Of a stretch of 64,000 bases of DNA, positions 1 to 30,645 are shown in pieces (position 1 is the first letter of the stretch; each line of letters opens with the position of its first letter). The notes beneath the pieces are model-generated. The model was not told the DNA's origin and did not search any database. It worked only from the letters and a program-made list of their open reading frames with translations. This DNA comes from the human T2T-CHM13v2.0 reference genome, Homo sapiens, in NCBI RefSeq assembly GCF_009914755.1, contig NC_060941.1; one strand, written 5' to 3'. A program made the translations under genes and the position numbers.

Positions 1-1305
1 GGAAGTCCCAGGCTGCTAAGCCCTAACCACCTCCTCCCAGAGCCTTCAAAGTCTCCCCACTAATCCAGCAGCCCAGTCAGAGAGGTTTTGGACACTGCCC
101 CACCACCTCCCAGCCACAGCCGAGCCCAGGAATGTGCTCATCAGCTGCCTCTGCAAAACGGGAAAGGTATCAGTGACTCCCTCCCCTTTCCAGAGCACAT
201 GACACCAGTGCTGCGGGCAGCTGTGCCATGTCCCAACGTTCTCTCCAGAGGGCCGGCTCCCCGCACAGCTGGTCCACAGGGTCACTGCACCCCATCCCAC
301 GGCCAGGGAGCACAGGCACAAATACAGCCCACCCCTTTAGCTGTGACTCAGGACAGCCTCCCTCAGAGACCCTGCAAGGAGCCACAGCCCTCGGGCCTCT
401 GCCCACATCCTCCCACGGCACCTCCAGATGCCGTTGCCCACTTTTCCGTGAGTACGCGGCTCACTGTGTCGCAGGACCCAGGCATGGCACACAAACCCTG
501 CTGAGGCCCTGGAGCTGAACTAGCCAGAAACCAGCCCCAGCACGGGCTGTCTCCAAGACCCACAGAGCTGGGGGCCGGGGCAGACGGCAGCACCCAGACT
601 GCCGAGCTGGTGTGAGCCGTGTGGGGCCAAGGACATGTGGGCAAACCGGGCTGGCTGGTGCTGGCGACGTGTTGACACAGGTCCTCGCGGCATGCTGGCC
701 GGATACTCCACAGCCTGGAGCAGAGGCAGGAGGAGCCGGAGCGGCCGAGTTTGTGAGGGCCTGTGGGGCCGGCAAGGGAGGTAGCGGGGAGAACGGGAGA
801 ACCGCACCCCCGGCGAGGCCTGGTCTGGCTTGAGAGCCGTCTCTGGCTCCAGCAGCTGCAGCCAGCCCGCAAGCTCGGGAACTGGGAGGACACCCGGGAA
901 TCTCGGCAGTGCGGAAGCTCCTACTCTAGGAAGCACATCAGGATGTGAAGTTGGCGGGGCTCACAGAGTCACAGGCAGGGCTCCTCAAGGCAGCCTGGTG
1001 AGGGTCGTTTGTTCCATCCGAACTTCTGAGGGCCGAGCAGCCTCCCTAGAGCTGCAGCTCCACCCCCACTCCCACCTGCCACCTGCACCCTTGGGCTCCT
1101 TCCTCCTGCCTCACCGCCCTCTGAGACCACCATGAGCCCTGCTGGATCCTCAGGGCCTCTGCCGTTGCCCTCAGGGGGACCCACAGACACCACAGAGCTC
1201 CTGTTGCCTCCCCTGCAGAAAAGCAGCAAATCCAGGCTCAGCAGAGCCATCGCCCAGCCCTGCACACAGGCCGCGGCTTGCCGTCTGCAGAAAAATTGAC
1301 TTTCA

Positions 1306-1897
<592 letters not shown>

Positions 1898-2342
1898 CTG
1901 CCCTTTATCGTGTGAAGGGTTAGTGATAAGCAGGGCCCCCTGTTCCTCTCACCCATCCTTGAAGCCTGAGTCCACCTGATTTCTCGTCACTCCACGGCGG
2001 GGATGGGAGGGAATGACCAGGAGTCTGAGCATCACATGGGGCTGGGTGGCTCCACCCGTGTCCACATCCAGGGTCCAGAATCACAGAAGCCCCATCAGAG
2101 TCCAGGTAAAGCAGCCTACAGGCAGGGAAGGCATCCTCCCCGGGAATCGCAAGCCTGCACAGCTCTGCTGGGGAGACTGGGGCCTGTTTCTGCATCTGCA
2201 CCTCGTCCCAGGGGCGAGGCCTCTCAGCACCAGTAACCCCACTAAGGCCTGGCAGATGGCCTTGGCGTCCGCATTCCAGCCCAGCTCTCCGGGCTTGGTG
2301 AGATCATAAACCCGAGGCAAGGACAGGTGGTAAAATTTCAAC

Positions 2343-2348
2343 TTTATT
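2343..2348 (-). terminator. P4HB: P4HB polyadenylation signal AATAAA (3' UTR ~850 nt)
   Basis: tttatt on + strand, ~830 nt beyond the stop codon. Confidence 0.85.
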
Positions 2349-3176
2349 TGGCCAATGTGTTCAATTCGATTGTGAAATAGAAATGCCTGAAGAACTGTCA
2401 GCGTCTGATTCAGCTCCAGCATCCTTGGCCACCTCCCCACCCGGGAGTCAAGGGTCGTGGTTCTGCCTTGAACAGGCCACAGGCCGTGCTGTAGAGAGGC
2501 CAGTGGTCACAATGAGCCCACGACAGGAGGAGGAGCCCTGGCTTGAGGGAAGGGGAAGGCCCAGGCCTGTGCCGGGCCCCAGGGCTGGCAGCCACCAGCT
2601 CCTCTTCCAGGCATGGGGGACACCCTGACAGGATCCGGAAGTCTCCATTTACCCAAAAATGCAAGAGCCATGATCAGTCATGGCGACACTGCAGGCGGTA
2701 CTGAGTGACCATGTCCAGTCCGGCTCCGTCCCTCCCACACGGGGGACAAGCTTCTCCGAGGAGGCCTGGCCAAGGTGGAACAAATACCCTGATGTCGAAA
2801 AATGTCTAAAAATCCCACAGACGGAATTTTCAAAAAGAGGAGAAACCTCCCGCGGGAGGGAGGCAGCGAGACTCCGAACACGGTAGCAAGCACTCTGGAC
2901 AGACTCATGTATGAAAAAGTACATCATGGTTTCAGGAAACAAGCCCCACCAGGGTGGGCTGCCTGGAGATGGATCCCTTTCCAAAAACCGAAAAGCAGAA
3001 GGAAGAGACGGGGGTGAACGGACGGTGTGTAGGGGTGAGGTGTCACTTCAGAGAGGTTCCCTGGGTTTCCGGCGACGCCCTCCTTCAAGCGAGGCCGCAG
3101 GCTTCGGAGGCGTGCGCTGCTGCTGGGTGTGCAGCCCCCGAGGGGTCTCGGCAGCGCCCGGGTCTGGCTTTGCGTA

Positions 3177-19648
<16,472 letters not shown>

Positions 19649-19699
19649 TCAGGCGGGGCGCTTCGGTTGGCGCCGCCGGGACAGCGGGGGCGACGAGAG

Positions 19700-20300
19700 C
19701 GCGCGCCGGTCCCGGCCTCGCCTTTATAAATCCTGGGTCCGGGGCGCGCCTGCCCCCCCGCCCGCGCGCGCTGGCCGCGGCGCGCACGCGCCGCTGGGGC
19801 CCGCCTTCGATTGGCCGGCGGACTTCGAGGCTCGTCTTTGCCGCTCTCGGATTGGACACTCACACCAGGCCTGGCCCCGGATTCGGAAACGCTCCTGAGT
19901 GCTCCCTGGCCTTCGTTCGGGATTGGCCGAGGACCTCGCGCTCGCTGTCTTTCTTAGCCTCTCATTGGCTCCCGACAAGAACTTTTTCTGCCTTGGCTTC
20001 TAATTGGTGGCTTTCGCCTGCACCTTCCACGGGTCTGGAATGGCTGCCCCTTTCGGTAGCACGGACTCTGCGCCTCCTGATTGGCCAAGGGATGCGCGCA
20101 CTCTGCGCGTTCCTTCGTCGAACGTGGCAGTGGGGAGGAGTTCCCAGTTTAGGGGCGGAGCTGCGGCTGCGCTTCCGAAACCCCTCGTGTTGCATTCTGA
20201 CTGGACCGCGTACCCAACTGGCACGCCCCCCGGCCCCCGGACCGGAAGTTGGGGTGACGCAATTTCCGGCGCGCGTGTCAAGCGTGCGGCGGCGGCCGTG
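19700..20300 (-). promoter_or_regulatory. P4HB: P4HB promoter in CpG island: TATA box, GC boxes, six CCAAT boxes, ETS site
   Basis: TTTATAAA 19723-19730; ATTGG at 19810, 19851, 19922, 19964, 20003, 20080; GC boxes; CCGGAAGT at 20242; dense CpG ~19300-20700. Confidence 0.9.
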
Positions 20301-20825
20301 GAAGGTGGGGTTGGCCGCCTAGGGTCGGCGGTGGGCTCGGTGTGGGATAGCCGGCCCGGTCCGACGCGCTCCGCGAGGTCACGCGAGACACTCACCGAGG
20401 CATGGCGGCAGGGCCTGGGCATGGGAATCGTGCGCACAGTGCGAGGAAGCCTCGGAGGGGATACGAGCACAGGGCGGGTGGTTAGGAGAATGGGGCTGGA
20501 GAGACGGGCGGGAGGGGCGGGACCTGGGCCCCGGGGACCTGCCGGCTCCCAGGCCCCAGGAAGACGCTGCTCATGCGTGGAGCGGCCGCAGGAAAGGTAC
20601 TCCCCGCTAAGGCCTTCAGGGAGCGGCCCTTTGCCCTGTGCGATCTCTTCCTTCCTTTCCCACGGGTTGCCAAATCCTGTGACGCTGCCCCTTCTCTGGT
20701 GCTTCTCAGATGCTCTGGTCGGCTCAGGAGACCTCGCAGCTGTTACACAGCTGTGGAAATACCCTGGGCGCTGCTTCACTCCGAAGGCAGCAGCTGGGTT
20801 TGCCTCCCGACTCGACCCGCCACCG

Positions 20826-22038
<1,213 letters not shown>

Positions 22039-22684
22039 AGCCCTCCGTCTCCCTCACTGCCTGGAATCTGCTGCTCTCCTTTTCCCCAGGTGCCTGCCCT
22101 CTCCATTCCTCCTCACTTTCCTCCGCTGGGAATCGGCACCGCCACTGATTTTAAAGTTGAAACTTGGCAGGCAAAAGGGAGGTACTCCCATGTTAAATGT
22201 ATACACATTGACTGCAATAGTATCCTGACTTTTGAAATGGTAAAACGTAGAGTAAGTTGCTTTTGTACTTTGAGAGTTTCTGTTTGTTGATCAGTTGTTC
22301 CTGAGAACATGCTTCTCCTTCCGACAGGGAACTCCCTCCACTAGAATATGAGCTCCTTGTGGTCAAGACTGGGTCCCCTGTTCCCTTCCCCCCAGTGCCA
22401 GCGGAGCAAAGGTCAGTCAGCGGCATAAGTTGTACCTGCTGGGAGAACTGTCTGCTTCCTCCGGGTGACTTTTCTGGCCAAGAAGGAATATGAGTATGTG
22501 CCTCCCTGAGCACTGGCCTGGAGCCCACTCAGGAAACACCATCTCTTCATAAATGGTTTTGATTGCAGGCATTGTTCCTTCTGCTCTCTGGATGATGGAA
22601 ATTGCTTCAGGTCACTGCACTATCTTCCAACGTTTTTGTGGTTGCCATGAGCTGTTGTACAGACCACAGTTTGGGGCCTGAGAC

Positions 22685-24512
<1,828 letters not shown>

Positions 24513-26898
24513 GCCAGCTACTACTCTTAAAAGTAGAGTTCTCAGAGCAAAACAGCTCCCTTTCAACCTTCAGTCCGGTCGAAGGTGTGGTGGGGGTAAC
24601 AACAGCAGGCTCATGGATACCTGGGCAGTGCTCCGAGGTCCCTCCTGTGTTCCCACTGAGCAGCAGCCTGCTGTGCCCGGAGTGGAGGTGAGAAATCCAG
24701 CAGCAGCGCGGTGGTGAGTGTGGGCCCTGCGGAGTGTGGCAGGCGCTCATTATGGTGCAGGGCAGTGTTGGGCACAGAGAAGGTTCTCAGAAACCACAGT
24801 AACCCATGGTTAGTTGGTCACATCCCAGACCCTGACCTAGCACTGGCTGGCACTGTGACTTGTCACTCTCCTGAATGGAAGAAGTGTCCACCTGGGGGTG
24901 GCTGAGGAGGTGGATGCTAGGGGACTGCTGGGAGCCACGGACCTGTGGAGGTTGGGAGAGGAGACTGCAGGCGCAGGCTGCTGGAGGCGAGGAGGCCTCT
25001 CTGGAGCGCCAGGCCATACAAACAGGTCCCAGGTGGGGCCACGAGGATCAGGTTAGACTTGGGACCCGAGAGACACGTCATGCCCACTGTGCAGGTGCCA
25101 CCTCATGTTATCCTGCACCAGGGGAGGGGCCAGCCCAAAGTCCTGGCTGCTGGCAGCATGCCCGTACAGCTTGGCACCTGGGTCTGAGTTCACATGTCTA
25201 GCAAAGCTGGGAAAATCCAGGAGCAAGAAGGTGAAGCCCTTTGGCTCAGCCCAAGCTCAGAAGGCCCTTGCCCGATGAGCCGAACTGCTGACAACACCCT
25301 GGCACTGGGCTTGGGGACTCCCCTGGAGCATGTAAGAAGTGAACTGGGAGCGTGGGAGAAACTGTCTGGCAGGGGCTGCTGCCTCGGAGCTCATCCTCCC
25401 TGGCTGTGCTGGTGTCTGTCCAGTGGGATTAGCCTCCATCCTGTGGTTTCACCACCCCACCGCCTCTCTCCCCCACAGCACAGGCAGAAGCAGCAACGCA
25501 ACACGAGACCACCTCGCTTGGGGCTAGTAGCAGTTCTGGGAAAGGCTCGGTAGGGTCTTTGCTCCCTGCGGAATCAAGGGCTGGGGGCTGACCCAGGCTT
25601 TCTCTATAGCTGCTTCCAGATCTGGGTCTGGACCAGCTTCTGCAGGAAGGCACCATTCTGTTGGGGTGTCTGACACGGTCAGCTCTAGGCTCAGCCTCTG
25701 CGGCCCCCACAAAGGCCTAGCAAGGATGGGGCAAGGTGGCAGTGGTGCCCGCACGCACTGCCCTGGCACAGGTGTGTAGTTAGTGACCTGAAGCATGAGG
25801 GCATCTCCCTGCCCACCCCAGCTGGAGATAAGCCCCTTGCGGGGCCCACCCTGCTGATAAACCCCAGAGCAGTATGGCCTGTGTCAGAATGACCAGTAGG
25901 AGGGCCCCGGGGTAGCAGCTGCCCAGCCCAGCTGCGTGTGTGTGTGAAGTATTTTCCTCAACACCTTATACCACAGAAGGCAGATTTTGAAACTCGCATC
26001 AGGCCAGAAAAAGAATTTCTGAATGGACACTTCTAAGGGGTGCCTGGTTACTCATCTGCCTCTTCCCCCTGCAGGGTAGAGGGGCATGGGTTTGAAGTTC
26101 CCGGGGGCTCTTGGAGACTGCAGACACGGACGAGCTGGGGTTCCTGGATGCTGCAGCAGTTGGGGCCCCTGGCTGAGCGCACCTGCCCCAGGAGGCCCTG
26201 CGTGGTTCCCCCAGTAGCCCCTTCACACCACACCGCAGTGAGGATGCCCTGTCTCCTGCCGATCCCATCACACCAAGCCTTTTCGCTGTTGGGCTCCTGG
26301 CACTGCCCGATCCTGGAGGGCACTTGGCTGCGGCTGTGGCTGTGAAGGGCTGGTGCTCTAGGCGCCTCCGTGGCCCCCGTTGCCTGGGCACCTACTTCCT
26401 GCCTCAGCCACAGCTGCATCCACGTGCGCCAGGGGCCACAAGGCCGACCCTGGCTTGGGCCTGTTCCTCCCTGGGTTTCCTTGGGATCCAGTCATTGGAG
26501 GGCCCGCGCACAGCTGGGCCAACTCGACACCTCCAAGCCCGGCCAGGGAATCAAGCAGCTCTCCCTCTGGCAGCATGAGCTACACAAGCCAGGCCCGTCT
26601 TCCCATTCCCTTAGCAAGGAGGGGCAACCCCAGCCAAGGCCTTCTGCACTGTTCTAGACTGTTGCTGCCTAGGGCTACTGTAGCTGGGAGTCACATTCCT
26701 TTCTCCCCAGATAGTTGCAAGGGGCCCAGCAGCCACAGCACTTCAAGGGGGCCCTGCCCTTCCCCTCCCACCACCCCACCAGGGTCCCCATCTTCCCCTT
26801 TGTCTCCTAAAGCCCGTGAGGCAGTAGAGGAGCCAGGCCCTCCCCTGCCACACCCTGGAGAAGCCAAGCAGCAGACACCCCCAGCTCCTTCAGGGGCA

Positions 26899-26904
26899 TT
26901 TATT
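26899..26904 (-). terminator. ARHGDIA: ARHGDIA polyadenylation signal AATAAA
   Basis: tttatt on + strand, ~1.14 kb past the stop codon, followed by GU-containing sequence on - strand. Confidence 0.85.
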
Positions 26905-28040
26905 TCCCGGTCAGAAAAGAAGCAGGGACAGGCGCCTCTGCCTGAGCCTGGCAGACACAACACGAAGACCGGGGATGGGGCGGGGGAGGCACAGGAGACG
27001 GCTCTCAGCAATGTGTGCACTTGGTCCCTTGTTTGTTCCTGGCTGGGTCAGGGAAGGCCTGCCGGGGGTGGTGGCACTGAGAGCCTGGGGGAACAGGCGC
27101 CAGGCCAGTGGCCCAGGGACGGCACGGACGGAGGCAATAAATACTGATGGCCAGGCGGGGCTCCTGGCTGGGCCCAGGTGGGGTGGGTGAGGCTGTCCAT
27201 CGAGGGCTCTTGGGGGGGTGTGGGCTCTGGGCACTGCCCGCTGAGACAGAAAAGGCAGAGGCAGGACAATACCCAGCCTCCTGGATGGTACTGAGGTGAC
27301 TTGAGTTTTGGCAATTTGGCTTTCCCCAAGCCGCCGGAGCCATCTCCACAGCCCTGTCCAGGGAAGGGGGCAGGCTGGCCAGGCACTGGTGGGCTGGGGA
27401 GCAGCAGCAGCACACCCCACGTGTCCCTGGGTCACTGGGTTCGCCACCGGGGAAGGGACGGGGAGGCCACATGCTCATGCAGACACAGGGAGTTAGAGGC
27501 TAGTGAGGCCCCACGGTACACTCCACATGTTAAGGCATCATGGTTAGACGGGACCGACAGCGACAAGGGGGCTGGCCAGGGAGCAGCGGGGCTGGAGGAC
27601 GGCCCGGCCCCCACGAGGCCGTGCATCCCACACCCCAGCTCCACCCCGGAGCAGCAGACGCACACGTCCAGGGGCAACCACGGGGCCTGGAGAATGGCTG
27701 CTCCGCTCCCTCCTGAAGCCAGGCCTCGGGTGTGACGGGGAGATAGAACCTGGGGGGCACAGAAAGGGCAGCAGAGGCCTGGCTGCGGCCTCTCTCCCCC
27801 ACAGCACAGGCAGAAGCAGCAACGAGACAGGAGACCGAGGAGGCTGGGCCTGTGGGTGGGGGAGGGCTGAGGAGGGGGGTCGGAGGCACTCGGTTGAGCC
27901 AGGCCAGGGAGGCGGACCAGGGTGGGAGGGGCACGGAGGGCCTGTCAGCACTTTGGTATGGGGAGGGGAGGGGCTGGGGGGGACACATCCGCCTGTCCGT
28001 CGTCCGTCCGTCAGTCTGCCCTGCCCGCCTCTGGCTGGGC

Positions 28041-28240
28041 TCAGTCCTTCCAGTCCTTCTTGATGGTGAGATTCCACTCCCAGGACAGGTGGTCGGTCTT
28101 GTCGTCGTCTGTGAAGCGGGACTTGATGCTGTAGCTGCCCCGGGCCAGCATACCCTTGGGTGCCTCCTCCACGGGGGTCAGGAACTCGTACTCCTCGGCC
28201 CGGGGCCCATAGCTGCCTACCATGTAGTCAGTCTTGTCAA
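28041..28240 (-). CDS. ARHGDIA: ARHGDIA last exon coding part (200 nt)
   Basis: [37 protein letters not shown]...KKDWKD*. Confidence 0.97.
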
Positions 28241-29095
28241 CTGCGGCACAAGGAAGAGGGCGGTCAGCGGCCCCGCTTCCCCGCCTGGCAGCACGCACCC
28301 AAGCGGCCCCCTCTGCCCTGCCCGGGGCCCCACTCACTCTTGACGCCTTTCCTGTACGTATGCTGGATGTACTTCATGCCGGACACTATCTCTCGGTTAA
28401 CCTGCAGGACCCGAAGCGAGGATCAGGGAAGGTCGGTCCGGACCCCAGCCCCAGCCCCGCCTCCATTCCCTGGCCACAGCAGCCTGTAGCTTACCCGGAA
28501 AGAGATTTTTATCCGGTACTCCACACCCTCCTTCAGCACAAACGACTGCTTCTTGAAGCTCTCCAGGTCGCCTGTTGGGGGGACCTCCCCCTCAATGACT
28601 GCCCAGCAGCCCTGCGCGAAGCCCCAGCCCTGCGCGGCCCCCTGGCTGCACTTCCCGAGATCCCCACCAGGGGCCGCCCGGACCCCCGCGGCCGCAGGGC
28701 ACTCACCCGTCAGGTCCAGCTCCAGGGGGCCCGGGGCCGAGCTGCACACCAGGGTCAGGCCAGTCACCACGACGTTGGGGACGTTGGGGTCTGGGGAGTG
28801 ACAGCAGGTGAGGGCCCCACCCCCACCAGTGGAAGTAGGGGCTGGGGAGCGGCAAGACAGCTGGAGTGAACGGGCGGCCACCCGGCTCCCGCAGCCCAGA
28901 CTCACCTGCGGAAACGGCCACGCGGCCCAGCAGGGCCTCCTTGTACTTTCGCAGGCTCTCGTCGTCCTTGTCCAGCTCCTGGATCTCCTGGATGCTCTTC
29001 TGGGCCGGGGGCTTGTAGTTGACCGAGTGCTCATCCTCCTCGTTCTCCGCTGCAATCTGGGCCAGCTGCTCGGCTGTGGGCTCCTGCTCAGCCAT
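28041..29095 (-). CDS. ARHGDIA: Rho GDP-dissociation inhibitor alpha, spliced CDS (5 coding exons, 615 nt, 204 aa)
   Basis: join(29095-28906,28790-28707,28571-28495,28401-28338,28240-28041); [34 protein letters not shown]...[14 protein letters not shown]; GT-AG introns. Confidence 0.99.
28338..28401 (-). CDS. ARHGDIA: ARHGDIA coding exon 4 (64 nt)
   Basis: [21 protein letters not shown], read manually. Confidence 0.97.
28495..28571 (-). CDS. ARHGDIA: ARHGDIA coding exon 3 (77 nt)
   Basis: [26 protein letters not shown]. Confidence 0.97.
28707..28790 (-). CDS. ARHGDIA: ARHGDIA coding exon 2 (84 nt)
   Basis: [28 protein letters not shown]. Confidence 0.97.
28906..29095 (-). CDS. ARHGDIA: ARHGDIA first coding exon (190 nt coding; acceptor at 29122)
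   Basis: [10 protein letters not shown]...LLGRVAVSA; donor gtgagt. Confidence 0.97.
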
Positions 29096-30462
29096 GCTCA
29101 AGCTTAGCCTGGGTCGGGACACCTGTGGGCGGGACGGTGACAGGCCTTGGACCTGGATCCCCAACGGAGGCGCACTTCTGAGCAGGAGTGTGGGCTGCAG
29201 CCGGAGCTCCAAAAGGGCTCCAAGGGGGCCACCTTCGCTCCTCTCCACCCCCGCGATTCCTGCTCAGGGGCATCCTCTGGGGCAGTGTGAGGTGCCCCCA
29301 CCCCAGGTATAACATCTAAGACAAAATGGGAACTGCAGCCGATCATGGGGAGAGAGGACACACCTCCCCCTCCACGATGGAGGAGGCAGCAGCCCCCTGT
29401 ATGTGTGGGGCGGGGCTAGCAGGCCCCAGAATCAACCGGCGGGGCCCACACTAAACCCTCTCTTAGGGTCTTGCCGCTCTTGAGCTGCCCAGGCCCTCGC
29501 CCTACGGGGTAACGGGGCTCGGTATCCCTCAGTAGGGTTGCTCCTCTGGCCGTGGTAGTCACATGTAAACGTGTGTGGTCGGCTCAGCGTCATCTTTCAA
29601 ACAGGATGCCCCTGGAGCTCGGATGTTAGGGGCAGCTAGAATACCGCACGGGGCCACCTGGACACGGGGATCCTAAGTATCTGCGGTTTCTCCACAATTG
29701 TGAGGGTCTGTGACCTACAACTTGGGAGCTACCACAGCCACTCAGTACTCTCGGGCCCTCTTGTAGATGGTGGGCCCGGAGTGCCCGGGGCAGCACTGAC
29801 CCGGCAGGGGATCTGTCAGGCTCAGATCCTTCCCGGCAGCGTGGGAGGTGGGTCAGGGAGCAGCACACCCGGGACACCCAGGCCGGGGTCCAGGCCGCCC
29901 TGCTTCCTCCAGGGGCTGGGGCCTCCGCGCCGCGCGAGGATAGCCGTAGGCGCCGGGATCCTAGGGCGCGGCCCGCACTTCCGCAGGGCCCGCAATCCGT
30001 GCCGGGCGTGGCCCGGGCGCTGGGGGAGGCCGCGCCCCAATCCCCGCGTCGCCCCCGAACGCGATGGACCGCGGCTGCCGGCCCGGCGCCCCCCGCGTCC
30101 CCAAGGAGGGGCCCTCAGGTCTGGCCCGGGCCCCACGCGCCTCGGCGGCCATGAAAGAAGCTCCGGACCGCTCGGGAGGGGCCGGCACTCCCCTGGTCCC
30201 CGCCGCCCCTCCGGCCCGGGACCCGCACGTGGGGCCGGGGCCGCCGCCGCCCGGTCCCGCCCCGGCCCCGCCCTAGCCCGCACCGCCCTGGCCCGCTGTC
30301 ACCGCGCCCCCGCCCGCCGAGACCCTGCCGCGGGCTCAGGGCGGGGCGCGAACAAAGGCGGAAGCCCCCACCTCAGCGCCCCCCGCCCCCGCCGGCGCCG
30401 CCGGTCCCCGCCCCGACCCGCCGCCTCCGCCCCGCCGCCTCCGCCCCGCCACGGCCACTCAC

Positions 30463-30540
30463 CGGAGGGTTCGGCCGCGCGGTTCAGGATCCCTCCCGCA
30501 CTAAATGACGAACGTCGTCGGCCGCCCCGCCCGCCCTGCC
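30463..30540 (-). other. ARHGDIA: ARHGDIA non-coding first exon (5' end approximate)
   Basis: Donor CCG|gtgagt at 30463/30462 in CpG island just downstream of promoter motifs; a possible second donor GAG|gtgggg at 30372. Confidence 0.7.
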
Positions 30541-30645
30541 TGTCACTTCCGGGGTCACGAGACTTCCGCTCACTCGGGCGGGGAAGGCCAGGGCGCATGC
30601 GCGGCGCGCGGGTGGCCGGGGGCACGCCGTCGCCATCTTGCGGCT
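30540..30645 (-). promoter_or_regulatory. ARHGDIA: ARHGDIA TATA-less CpG-island promoter: two ETS/GABP sites, NRF1 site, YY1 site
   Basis: ACTTCCGG 30545-30552, ACTTCCG 30562-30568, GCGCATGCGC 30593-30602, CGCCATCTT 30631-30639; CpG island ~29850-31250. Confidence 0.8.

Noticed and set aside
1-1300. Overlapping 60-176 aa ORFs downstream of P4HB
   Set aside because: No recognisable protein or consistent splice structure; GC-rich intergenic sequence, although a lncRNA cannot be excluded.
28664-28677. CTCF-like CCACCAGGGGCCGC in an ARHGDIA intron
   Set aside because: Mismatch at a core G; such near-matches are common in GC-rich DNA.
29096-29248. In-frame N-terminal extension of ARHGDIA in the ORF track
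   Set aside because: Non-ATG start lying upstream of the exon acceptor at 29122, so mostly intronic.
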